Positions 49,254 to 58,188 of a DNA stretch of 64,000 nt are shown here, piece by piece. Numbering within the stretch: position 1 is the first letter of the stretch; every line of letters begins with the position of its first letter. A program made the translations under genes and the position numbers. This DNA is from a virus. The notes beneath the pieces were generated by a model. That model saw only the letters and a program-made list of their open reading frames with translations. It searched no databases and had not been told where the DNA came from. The stretch covers positions 1-64,000 of IMG/VR virus record IMGVR_UViG_3300037258_000374; one strand, given 5' to 3'.

Positions 49254-49793
49254 ATGACGATGCCCGTTCCTCAGACCTCGGTGCTGACCAGCCAGGACTT
49301 CGGCGTCCCGGGTCAGCTCGCCGATTTCCAGTCCGTCTCCGATGCGGTCGTCGACATGGCGATCAACACGGACACCGTCGACATGCCGTTCGGCACCTGC
49401 GTCAAGCAGGGCACGAGCGACGACGGTGCGCTCATGCCGACCTCGCTCGCCGACTTGCTCAAGGGCATCGTCGTGCAGGCGAACGACTTCGAGCGGCTCA
49501 CGCAGCTGAACTCGGACGGCATCACGCCGGGCACGCCGCTCGGCCTGCTGAAGCGGGGGCGGGTGTGGATCCTCCCCTACACCGACGTCACGCCGACGAG
49601 CGAAGTGCACGTGCAGGTCGTCGCGAACACCGACCATCCGGTCGGCACGATTCGCGGCACGGCCGACGCGAACAAGACGCTCGATATCACCGCGTTCGCG
49701 AAGTGGCTCACCACGGCCACGGTCGCGAGCGGCAATCCCGCCAAGCTCGACGTCGACTTCACGAACGTCAGCCTCGCCACCCAGGACACCTGA
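49254..49793 (+). CDS. Head decoration/cement protein
   Basis: Position; PGQLAD, MPFG, RGRVW. Confidence 0.7.
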   Translation: MTMPVPQTSVLTSQDFGVPGQLADFQSVSDAVVDMAINTDTVDMPFGTCVKQGTSDDGALMPTSLADLLKGIVVQANDFERLTQLNSDGITPGTPLGLLKRGRVWILPYTDVTPTSEVHVQVVANTDHPVGTIRGTADANKTLDITAFAKWLTTATVASGNPAKLDVDFTNVSLATQDT

Positions 49794-49813
49794 GAGAAAG
49801 GGCCGACGCCACC

Positions 49814-50785
49814 ATGCGCGCATACAATCCTCCCCAGTCCATCGGGCGTCTGGATGCAGACGACACGATGTTCTTCCTCCGCGAGCTGGAGTCGATCGAC
49901 CAGCGTCCGTACGAGGTGCTGTTCGCGGCCATGCTCGGTCGCCGTTACCTGCCGATGCAGGACGGCGTCGATCCGACCGCGGACGTGTACACGTACCGGA
50001 TGTACGAGCGACACGGCTCGGCGAATCTCGGCGGACCGCGTTCGAACAACTTCAACACCGTCAACGTGACCGGTGCGGAGCGCTCGAGCAACATCCGCCA
50101 GATCCCGGTCGGCTACGGCTGGTCGGTGCGCGAGATCCAGCAGGCGGCGAAGCTGAACAAGCCGCTCGACCAGCTGACGATCCGCGCAGCGCAGGCGGCC
50201 GTTGCTCGTCGCGTCGACAACATGCTCGCGTTCACGGACGCGCAGGCGGGCACGACCGGCATCTACGGATCGCAGGGCACGCCGATCGGCACCGCGTCGA
50301 CGGCATCCTCGAAGACGACCGCCCAGAAGTGGACGGACTCCGAGGACCCGACGAAGATGCTCGCGGACCTCAACACGATCGTCAACGACACCCACGGCCG
50401 GCTCAAGCAGGCGGGTGACGATGCGGCCGTGTTCCCGCGCTTCCTGCTCGTGCTGCCGAGCAACGAGTACGCCATCGCGGCGTCGACGCCGCGCTCGGCG
50501 AACTCGGACACCACGATCCTCAAGTACGCGATCCAGAACAACCCCTGGATCGAGTCGATCGAGGAGTGGTGGCAGGGCGAGACCGCGGGCGCGAGCTCGG
50601 CTCCGCGGTTCATCTGCTTCCCGCGTGACCCGCTGTGCCTCGCGGCGATCATCCCGCAGGAGTTCACGTCGCTCGCGCCGCAGCCGGAGGGGTTGAACAT
50701 CAACATCCCGGCGTACGGCTCGTGCGGTGGCCTCGCGATCCGCTACACGGTCGCGATCGGCTACATGGACATCGCGCAGAGCTGA
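49814..50785 (+). CDS. Major capsid protein (DUF2184 type)
   Basis: FFLRELESID, GYGWSVREIQ, size and position. Confidence 0.85.
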   Translation: MRAYNPPQSIGRLDADDTMFFLRELESIDQRPYEVLFAAMLGRRYLPMQDGVDPTADVYTYRMYERHGSANLGGPRSNNFNTVNVTGAERSSNIRQIPVGYGWSVREIQQAAKLNKPLDQLTIRAAQAAVARRVDNMLAFTDAQAGTTGIYGSQGTPIGTASTASSKTTAQKWTDSEDPTKMLADLNTIVNDTHGRLKQAGDDAAVFPRFLLVLPSNEYAIAASTPRSANSDTTILKYAIQNNPWIESIEEWWQGETAGASSAPRFICFPRDPLCLAAIIPQEFTSLAPQPEGLNINIPAYGSCGGLAIRYTVAIGYMDIAQS

Positions 50786-50823
50786 ACGAGCAGGAGTTCG
50801 GGCCGCTGTGTCGGCGGCCGTGC

Positions 50824-50896
50824 TGCGGGGTGGAGCAGTTGGTAGCTCGTCGGCCTCATAAGCCGAAGGTCGCTGGTTCGAGTCCGGCCTCCGCAA
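50824..50896 (+). tRNA. tRNA-Met(CAT), initiator-like, no encoded CCA
   Basis: Cloverleaf closely resembling tRNA-fMet; anticodon arm TCGGC-CTCATAA-GCCGA. Confidence 0.9.
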
Positions 50897-50905
50897 CGAA
50901 GATAG

Positions 50906-51937
50906 ATGCGCAACATCCAGTTCCAAACCGGCTCGCCCGCGCTGCTCTGCAGCGCTGCGACGGCGCTGGCGTTGCCGCCGCCCGACTTCGCGCTCGTGCC
51001 GGGGTACTGGTCGGGCAAGGGCACCACGGTGCCCGAACTGGAGGTCGCGATCTGGGCGGATGGCGCGGTCGACCTTACCGGCGCGACGCTCTACGGCGCG
51101 CAGCTGCGGCCGTACGCGCCGTCCGCACTCGCTGTGACCGGCACCGCTGCGGTCGCTGGCAGCCTCGACCTGTCCACGAAGACCACGGATTGCGACACGG
51201 TCATCGAGGCTGGCATCGCAGGCGCGGCGCCGACCGAGCCGGGCGACGGCATCACGATCGCCTTCGCTCATTCCGTCGGCGCGCCGAACGCCGGGGTTCT
51301 GACGAATGTCGGGCTCGCATACACGTTCACCTTCAAAACGGCGGTCACGACCGTCGCGAACTTCGAAGCTGCGATCGCTGCGCTGCCCGCGAATCCTGCG
51401 ACCGGTCGGCCGGACCTCGTCGTCAAGACGCCCGGCACCCCGACGAACGTGCTCGCGGTAACCGTCGACGAGTTCGCTGCGGCGCCGCTCACGGGCGCAG
51501 CCGACGCGGTCCTGACGCACACCGCGCATGGCTTGCTGATCGGCGATGGGCCGTTCCAGCTGACCGATGCCGGCGGGTCGCTGCCGACTGGCCTCGCGCT
51601 CCTCACCGACTACTACGTGGTGAAGGTCGGCGCGAACACCTTCAACGTGGCCACGAGCATCACGACTGCGCTGAGCGGGGTCGTCGTCGAGTTCACCACG
51701 AACGGGACCGGGACGATCGACCTCAACTCCAGCTCCTCCACCAAGCGCGTGCACTGGCACTCGATGGGGCTGCTCGGGCTCGCCGGCGACGGCGCGATCG
51801 ACCTCGATGCGCAGTCGTCGTACTGGGACGTGCGCAAGCACAGCCCGATGACGATCGCCTACGCGCTCGTCGCTACGATCGCGAGCGGCAGCGGCGCCAT
51901 CACGGCCGGCATCATCCCGCGCGTCGACCGCGAGTGA
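50906..51937 (+). CDS. Virion structural/decoration protein
   Basis: Thr/Ala/Gly-rich; modules shared with neck and sheath proteins. Confidence 0.65.
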   Translation: MRNIQFQTGSPALLCSAATALALPPPDFALVPGYWSGKGTTVPELEVAIWADGAVDLTGATLYGAQLRPYAPSALAVTGTAAVAGSLDLSTKTTDCDTVIEAGIAGAAPTEPGDGITIAFAHSVGAPNAGVLTNVGLAYTFTFKTAVTTVANFEAAIAALPANPATGRPDLVVKTPGTPTNVLAVTVDEFAAAPLTGAADAVLTHTAHGLLIGDGPFQLTDAGGSLPTGLALLTDYYVVKVGANTFNVATSITTALSGVVVEFTTNGTGTIDLNSSSSTKRVHWHSMGLLGLAGDGAIDLDAQSSYWDVRKHSPMTIAYALVATIASGSGAITAGIIPRVDRE

Positions 51938-51940
51938 TCC

Positions 51941-52309
51941 GTGGCCTCGATCACCTGGGATGACGTCAAGGCGGTCGCGGCGAATGACCCAAAGGTGTCC
52001 TCGGCGCCGCCAGCGACGCAGGCGATCGTCCTCGCGTACGTCAACGCCGAGCTCGATCCGTGTGCGTTCCAAGGCGGCGAGGGCGGACCTCGCATCAAGA
52101 TCGCACGCGCCTACCTGGCGGCGCACCTCGCGTCGCTTGGACCGCATACGGCGGTGCTGACGTCGATGAAGGAAGACGACGTGTCGATCGGCTATACGCT
52201 GCCGCCGATCCCTGTCGGCGATGACCCGTTCTGGCAGCGCACTGCGTACGGCTCGGCATACCGCGCGCTGGTGAACACGAGCTACGCTCGCTTGCCGTTC
52301 GTGACCTGA
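51941..52309 (+). CDS. Head-tail adaptor (DUF4054-like)
   Basis: YLAAHL, VSIGY, TAYG..Y. Confidence 0.75.
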   Translation: MASITWDDVKAVAANDPKVSSAPPATQAIVLAYVNAELDPCAFQGGEGGPRIKIARAYLAAHLASLGPHTAVLTSMKEDDVSIGYTLPPIPVGDDPFWQRTAYGSAYRALVNTSYARLPFVT

Positions 52310-52998
52310 TGCTCGCCGATGAGATGAATGGTGATCTGGCGACGGTCATCGACACCTTCGGCACCGGCAGCTATCAGGTCTGGCGGACGGCATCTGGCCC
52401 GATCACGAACGGCAACTACGCGAGCGGATCGTTCAGCTACTTCGCTGTCGCCGGCAGCATGCGACCAGACAACGGCGCCGAATTCCAGAACATGCCGGAC
52501 TCCACATACGGCCTGGAGATCCGCAAGCTCTACCAGCACGATGCCGCGCTGTGGACCGTCCGGCCCGGATACGAAGCGGACAAGGTGCTCGTCGGGACGC
52601 TGTCGGCGTCGATCGATCTGGGCGAGCACACGGCGCACGCGGATGGCGTCCTGAGCACGATCGCCTTTGGCGCACCCACAGATGTCGTGACGCTCCAGCT
52701 CGAGGCCGGCTCCGTCGCGGAGGCAGGCGTGCTCGATGAGAGCGCCTATCCGGCGATCGTCTACACGTTTCTCGATGGCGTGACGACCGAGCTCGACCTC
52801 GAGACGGCCATCACCGAGACGTCGCGGTACCTCCAGGTCGCCACAGCCGGAACGCCGACGAATGTGCTGCACGCAAGCGGCGATGTGCTCGCAGCGACCA
52901 ACCTCACGGGCGGCGATGGCGAATGGTGGCGCGTCATCAAGGCGAAGGCGCTGTCGACGTTCTGGAAGGCGTGGATCGATCGCCTTCCGAAGCCGTAG
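52309..52998 (+). CDS. Head closure protein with inserted domain
   Basis: Position; GYEADKV...GEWWRV split by an insert. Confidence 0.6.
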   Translation: MLADEMNGDLATVIDTFGTGSYQVWRTASGPITNGNYASGSFSYFAVAGSMRPDNGAEFQNMPDSTYGLEIRKLYQHDAALWTVRPGYEADKVLVGTLSASIDLGEHTAHADGVLSTIAFGAPTDVVTLQLEAGSVAEAGVLDESAYPAIVYTFLDGVTTELDLETAITETSRYLQVATAGTPTNVLHASGDVLAATNLTGGDGEWWRVIKAKALSTFWKAWIDRLPKP

Positions 52999-53869
52999 CG
53001 ATCGCCGCATCGAACGCCATCGACCAGCAGGGCGCGACCTGCGACCACGTGCGCTGCTCGAGCATGCGCTCCGCGTTTGCTCTGCCGGCAGTGCGCACGA
53101 AGTCGAGGTGGCCGCGGCACCAGTCGAGCGCGAGCGTGAAAGCTTCGGGCGTGCGCTCGACGACGAGGCCGTCGATGCCATCGCGCACGAGCTCGGGCAC
53201 GATTCCCACATCCGTGGTCACTGGGAAGCAGCCGGATGCCATGCTTTCGATCAGCGTGCGCGGATCGCCCTCGGCTCGGGATGCGATCACGAACACGTCC
53301 AGGTCGTTGTAGAAATCGCCCATCTCACCCTGCGTGAGACAGCGGTCCGCGACGAGCATCCCCGGTGCCGCAGCGCGCAGGACCTCCACGTGCTTGTCGG
53401 CCGCGTCGGCATTGCCAGCCCAGCCGATGCGCATGTCGCGGCCGTTGCGCCGGCGTTGGTCCATGCAGACGGACGGTTCGAACCCCTTGGGACCGAGCGC
53501 GATCGATCTCGCTGGTACCGGGTCATGCTTGGTGAGCAAGCGCTGCAGGCGAACCGACGGGACGATGACCGAGCAGTCCTTCGCGTACCGCTGCAGCATA
53601 TTCGTCGCGCTCAGCCCGCGCCAGCGCGTCTGCGACCAGCGGTGGCTGCTGATCTGCTTCAGCACCGGAGCGTGCGTCTTCCGAATCGCGCCGTGCCACC
53701 ACATGTCGACATAGAGGTCAGCGGGCCACGAGTTCATCTCGCCGTTCATCAACGAATACGAGTACGCGATGCGGATCTCGTGGCGGCCGCGGAGCTCGCG
53801 CTGCAGCGCCTTCGCTGCCGTGTCGTACGACCAGCCGGGGCTGTAGGCGATCATCCAGATCTTCGCCAC
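52937..53869 (-). CDS. Glycosyltransferase, GT-B (family 4-like)
   Basis: DVFVIASRAEG.P..IESMASG..VTTDVG..ELV.DGIDG. Confidence 0.85.
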   Translation of the reverse strand: MAKIWMIAYSPGWSYDTAAKALQRELRGRHEIRIAYSYSLMNGEMNSWPADLYVDMWWHGAIRKTHAPVLKQISSHRWSQTRWRGLSATNMLQRYAKDCSVIVPSVRLQRLLTKHDPVPARSIALGPKGFEPSVCMDQRRRNGRDMRIGWAGNADAADKHVEVLRAAAPGMLVADRCLTQGEMGDFYNDLDVFVIASRAEGDPRTLIESMASGCFPVTTDVGIVPELVRDGIDGLVVERTPEAFTLALDWCRGHLDFVRTAGRANAERMLEQRTWSQVAPCWSMAFDAAIATASEGDRSTPSRTSTAPSP

Positions 53870-53891
53870 GCCGGCAGCGTATCCTCAGCTC

Positions 53892-54386
53892 GTGCCCAAG
53901 TCGATGAAGACCACGGCCGACGACCGCGTGTGGCGTCGGCTGCGCGCGAAGGTCAAGGACGTCAACAAGCGCATCGTCAAGGTCGGCATCCTGTCCGGCG
54001 AGGCGTACGAGGACGGCACGACGATCGCCGAGGTCGGCGCGTTCCACGAGTACGGCTCCGCTGATGGCCGACTGCCCGAGCGGAGTTGGATGCGGCGCAC
54101 GTTCATCGAGCAGCGTCAGAAGCACATCCGCCTTCTCGCGGACCTGGCGCGCAACATCCTCAGCGAACGCATGAGCCCAGACAAAGCGCTCGGAGTACTC
54201 GGCTCGTGGGCGGTGACAGCTATCCGCACGACCATCAGGCAGAACATCCCGCCAGCGCTGAAGCCCGAGACCATCAGGCGCAAGACCGTCGGCGGCAAGC
54301 AGGGATTCATCGCACTCATCGACACGGCGCGTCTGTGGAACAGCATTACGTGGGCGCTCGGTAGCCGATCAGGCAGCGGAACGTAA
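53892..54386 (+). CDS. Neck/tail-completion protein
   Basis: VKVGI, HEYG..PERSWMR, LIDT. Confidence 0.7.
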   Translation: MPKSMKTTADDRVWRRLRAKVKDVNKRIVKVGILSGEAYEDGTTIAEVGAFHEYGSADGRLPERSWMRRTFIEQRQKHIRLLADLARNILSERMSPDKALGVLGSWAVTAIRTTIRQNIPPALKPETIRRKTVGGKQGFIALIDTARLWNSITWALGSRSGSGT

Positions 54387-54445
54387 GCCAGCGAACAGGG
54401 CTGCCCTGTTCCGCGCGAGGTTCGGGTGTTACGATGGCGCCGCGC

Positions 54446-55327
54446 ATGCCGGCGATCGACTGGACTACCATCGCGAACGCGATCCAAGCGTGGGTCGTCG
54501 CGGGCTCTGGGCTCGCGGCCGACCACGTCATCTGGTCGTTCAAGGGGCCAGGTCGACCGAGTACGCCGTACATCCAGCTGAACATCATCGCCGTGCGTCC
54601 GGTCGGATTCGACTACGAGGTGCGCCAGGACAACACGTTCACCTTCGAAGCGATGCCGATCGAGGTGGTGGACGTGGACGGCAACCGGTTGCAGATCACC
54701 GGCCATGGCTTCATCACTGGCGACGGTCCCATCGAGCTGGAGCTTGGCGGTGGAGCAACGGCGCCGGCGCCGCTCGCGCAGCTGACCAGCTACTGGGCGA
54801 TCGTCCTCGATGCGAATCACATCCAGCTCGCGAGCACCTTCCAGAACACCGGCGGCAACTACGAAGGCAATCCGATTACGCCGATCGTTCTGGAGTCGAC
54901 CGGCAGCGGCGATCTCAGCATCATCGACACCGACGACACGGTGCACGCTGGCATCGAGCTGGAGAATCGAGCGCGAGGAACGCGCGAGGTCTCCATCAGC
55001 ATGCAGTGCTTCCCGCCGGAGAACAGCGGACTGCAGTCGATGCAGATCATGACCGACGTCGGCGCATCGCTGCAGTTGCACATCGACGATCTCGACGCTG
55101 CTGGATTCGGCGTATCCGATCTGAATGGGGCCTACTTCGAGGGCGGCGCCAAGCTCGTCGAAGGTCGCCTCGGCAGCATCCTCGAGCCGCGCACGGTCTG
55201 GACGATGACGGGCTACGTCGCGTCCGAGGTCGTCGGCTTCGAGACGTTCGTCGAGAAGGTCTCGGTCACGTTCACGGAGACCAGCACGGACACGGAGACG
55301 ACCTTCCCAGTTCTTCCGCCACCCTGA
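54446..55327 (+). CDS. Tail terminator/neck protein with inserted domain
   Basis: Position before the sheath; VIW..RP.TPYI. Confidence 0.6.
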   Translation: MPAIDWTTIANAIQAWVVAGSGLAADHVIWSFKGPGRPSTPYIQLNIIAVRPVGFDYEVRQDNTFTFEAMPIEVVDVDGNRLQITGHGFITGDGPIELELGGGATAPAPLAQLTSYWAIVLDANHIQLASTFQNTGGNYEGNPITPIVLESTGSGDLSIIDTDDTVHAGIELENRARGTREVSISMQCFPPENSGLQSMQIMTDVGASLQLHIDDLDAAGFGVSDLNGAYFEGGAKLVEGRLGSILEPRTVWTMTGYVASEVVGFETFVEKVSVTFTETSTDTETTFPVLPPP

Positions 55328-55342
55328 CGAGGAGCAGATCCA

Positions 55343-56998
55343 ATGGCCGGCATCGACCAACACATCAGCATCACGATCTCGATCAAGAACACCGGCATCG
55401 CTCGCGCGGGATTCGGGCTCGCGATGATCTTGTCGTACAGCAGCGTGATCGCGCCCGACTTCACGCGCCTGTACAGCGATCCGTCGGACATGGTCAACGA
55501 TGGTTTCGCAGAAGACTCGCCCGAGGTGCTGGGCGCGGAGGCGCAGTTCGATCAGACGCCGCACGTCACAGGCGTGCTGATCGGCCGCGGCACGAACATC
55601 CCGACGCTGAAGTATCAAGTGTCCGCCAACCAGGTCGTCAACAGCGCGGCATACGGGGTTAACGTGACCGGCGAGGGCGTCACGCCGAGCTCGCCGTCGA
55701 TCACGTCGGCCGCGGACGCGACGCTGCAGGAGATCCATAACGATCTTCTGACCGCACTCAACGCTGTCGTGGGAGCTAACTACACGGCGGCGTTCGCGCC
55801 GCTGGCGTCGCTGACCGCGAAGAATTTCACGGCAGACCACACCACGCCTGCGCTCACCTCCGCCGCCCACGGGTGGAACACCGGTGACGGGCCGCTTCAG
55901 CTGTCGGAGGTTGGTGGCGCGCTGCCGACGGGACTCGCAGCAGCCACGAACTACTGGGTGATCAAGCTCACCGCCAACACCTTCCTGCTCGCGTCGACGC
56001 TCGCGAACGCGCTGGCCGGCACTGCGGTCGCGTTCAGCGACAACGGATCAGGCACCTTGACGGCCACGCCACAGGGCGCGTGCCTGTCGCCGATCCTTCC
56101 GTTCTTCGTGACGGCCAACGCTGCCGGCGACTACTTCACGCTCGAGGCGGTCAAGCTCCGCTACGTGCGTATCGCGATCGTCAACGTCGACCCCGGCGTG
56201 CAGGCGGACCTGACGAACATCCTCACCGAGGACAACACCTGGTACGCGATCGTGACGCCGATGCTGTCGAGTGCGATCGCGCTCGAGGTGGCGGCATGGA
56301 CCGAGTCGAACGGCGCGCACGTCTACTTCCTCGATCTGAACGAGAGCGACTCGGTCAACACCAGCGTGACCGATGCGACCGACACGCTCGCGCAGCTGCT
56401 CGCGCTCGGATACAAGCGGACGCTGTACAGCTTCCATCACTCGCAGGCCGAGCAGATGAGTTCGGCGTGGCTCGGCGTGCTGCTGCCGAAGACGCCCGGC
56501 ACGTGGAACGCCAAGTTCAAGTCGCTCGCCGGCGTGACGGTCACCAAGCTCGATGACACGCAGCGCGCCAATCTGATCGCGCGCCGCGGCAACGCGTACA
56601 CGAACGATGGCGTCCCGATGACCTGGGAGGGCACCGTTGCGAACCTGGTCTACGGCTTCATCGACGTCGTGGATAGCCTCGACTGGTGGTTCAATGCCGC
56701 GCAGACCAACGTGCTCGGCGTGCTCGTCGGCCACGACAAGATCGGATACGACGATCACGACATCGCGATGGTCGGCGGAGCGATCGAGGCCTCGCTGCAC
56801 GATGGCGTCGAGAGCACCGTGTTCGCGCCCGGCACGCCGGGCGACCCCAACGACCCGGCGCCCGAGGTCGACGTGCCGCTCGTCGCGAGCATCGATCCGA
56901 GCGTGCGCGCGCTGCGTGAGTTGCCCGACATCAACGCGAGCGCGCGGCTCGACGGATCGGTCAACAAGGTCTTCATCAACGCCACGTTCACCTTCTAA
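55343..56998 (+). CDS. Tail sheath protein (DUF3383 type)
   Basis: RAGFG, PGTWNAKFKSLAGV, FIDV..DW. Confidence 0.85.
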   Translation: MAGIDQHISITISIKNTGIARAGFGLAMILSYSSVIAPDFTRLYSDPSDMVNDGFAEDSPEVLGAEAQFDQTPHVTGVLIGRGTNIPTLKYQVSANQVVNSAAYGVNVTGEGVTPSSPSITSAADATLQEIHNDLLTALNAVVGANYTAAFAPLASLTAKNFTADHTTPALTSAAHGWNTGDGPLQLSEVGGALPTGLAAATNYWVIKLTANTFLLASTLANALAGTAVAFSDNGSGTLTATPQGACLSPILPFFVTANAAGDYFTLEAVKLRYVRIAIVNVDPGVQADLTNILTEDNTWYAIVTPMLSSAIALEVAAWTESNGAHVYFLDLNESDSVNTSVTDATDTLAQLLALGYKRTLYSFHHSQAEQMSSAWLGVLLPKTPGTWNAKFKSLAGVTVTKLDDTQRANLIARRGNAYTNDGVPMTWEGTVANLVYGFIDVVDSLDWWFNAAQTNVLGVLVGHDKIGYDDHDIAMVGGAIEASLHDGVESTVFAPGTPGDPNDPAPEVDVPLVASIDPSVRALRELPDINASARLDGSVNKVFINATFTF

Positions 56999-57012
56999 CC
57001 CGGAGAACGACG

Positions 57013-57471
57013 ATGCTCCTCAAGTACAATCCAAAGCGCGTGACGCTGTCGTTCACCGGCACGCTGCCGAGCGGCAAGAACTTCGCCGTGCAGTTCGAGG
57101 CATTCATGGACGGCACGATGATCGAAGCCGAATTCGACGTCGATCAGGTGACCAAGCATGTCGGCGGCGATGGCGTTGCCACGGCCACGCTCAGCGCCAA
57201 CCGTGGCGTCAAGGTCACGGCGACGCTGCTGCAGGGCTCGCCGACGAACGACGACCTGACGCTCCTCATCCCGAACGCCGATCTCAACTATCTACCGGTC
57301 GGCGTGCTCACACTGCGTGATCTCAACGGCACCGCCAAGCTCGTCGTGAAGAACGCGTGGATCGTCAAGCCGCCGAAGATCGAATACGCCGTGGCCGTCA
57401 CCGGTCGGCCGTGGATGTTCGATTGCGAGAAGGCCGACGCGTATCAGGTCGGCAGCGCCGGAGAGTTCTGA
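57013..57471 (+). CDS. Tail tube protein (DUF3277 type)
   Basis: YNPK.V, LLQGSPTN, W..KPP. Confidence 0.8.
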   Translation: MLLKYNPKRVTLSFTGTLPSGKNFAVQFEAFMDGTMIEAEFDVDQVTKHVGGDGVATATLSANRGVKVTATLLQGSPTNDDLTLLIPNADLNYLPVGVLTLRDLNGTAKLVVKNAWIVKPPKIEYAVAVTGRPWMFDCEKADAYQVGSAGEF

Positions 57472-57986
57472 TGGCACGTCGCAAGACAGAGACGTTCGAG
57501 TTCGAGGGCGCCACCGTCGAGGTGACCGAACTGCCGTGGGACAAATCGGAGGACCTACTCCCCGAAGTGTGGCAGCTCGTCACGGTCGTCTTCGAAACGA
57601 TGCGCGGGCACGCCGATGCGCTCGCTCTGCTCGAGATGCTAAAGGAGAACGCCGAGCAGGAGCTGGCGGCCGCGCTGCCAGCGATGCTGCCCAAGCTGAT
57701 CCCGATGCTCACCGAAGCGGCAAGCGCGATCGGCGTGAAGCTCGGCAACGGTCGGCTCAAGGCGCTGGCGCCGCAGCTGCTCTCCTCCACCAAGGTGATC
57801 CTCACCGATCCGGAGACCGGCCAGAAGGAGCGCTGCGAGCTCGCGCGCGCCGAGGACCGAGCGAAGGTATTCGAGACGTACCGCTACCTCTACTTGCCGG
57901 TGCTGTTCTTGGCCGGCAAGGTCACGTACGCCCCTTTTTTCTCCGGACGCGCCCTCCCCAAGTCCCTCGGGAAGGCGAGCACGTAA
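57471..57986 (+). CDS. Tail assembly chaperone; -1 frameshift form extends to 58192
   Basis: Position; slippery CCCTTTTTTC at 57932-57941. Confidence 0.7.
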   Translation: MARRKTETFEFEGATVEVTELPWDKSEDLLPEVWQLVTVVFETMRGHADALALLEMLKENAEQELAAALPAMLPKLIPMLTEAASAIGVKLGNGRLKALAPQLLSSTKVILTDPETGQKERCELARAEDRAKVFETYRYLYLPVLFLAGKVTYAPFFSGRALPKSLGKAST

Positions 57987-58188
57987 AGCTCGAGGGGCTG
58001 CAGCCCGAACACGAGAAGTACTGGAGGGGGTACCGGCTCGTCGTCGACGAATTCGCAACATGGTCGGAGGTCACAGAGATGAGTCTCAACGAAATCGACC
58101 TCGCGAATCTGTTGCTCGACGCAGTGGCTGAAGCGCGCGCGCGCGCCAACAAGGGCAAGAAGCACGACCACGAAGAAGTGGTGATCCC

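Noticed and set aside
49577-52147. 856-aa minus-strand ORF and similar long antisense ORFs
   Set aside because: High-GC shadows of the capsid and structural genes; no motifs, and this one crosses a tRNA
57588-57612. Partial gapped match of unit 2 (GT.TT.GA.AC.AT) in the tail chaperone gene
   Set aside because: The remaining dinucleotides mismatch; it was found by eye and is compatible with chance
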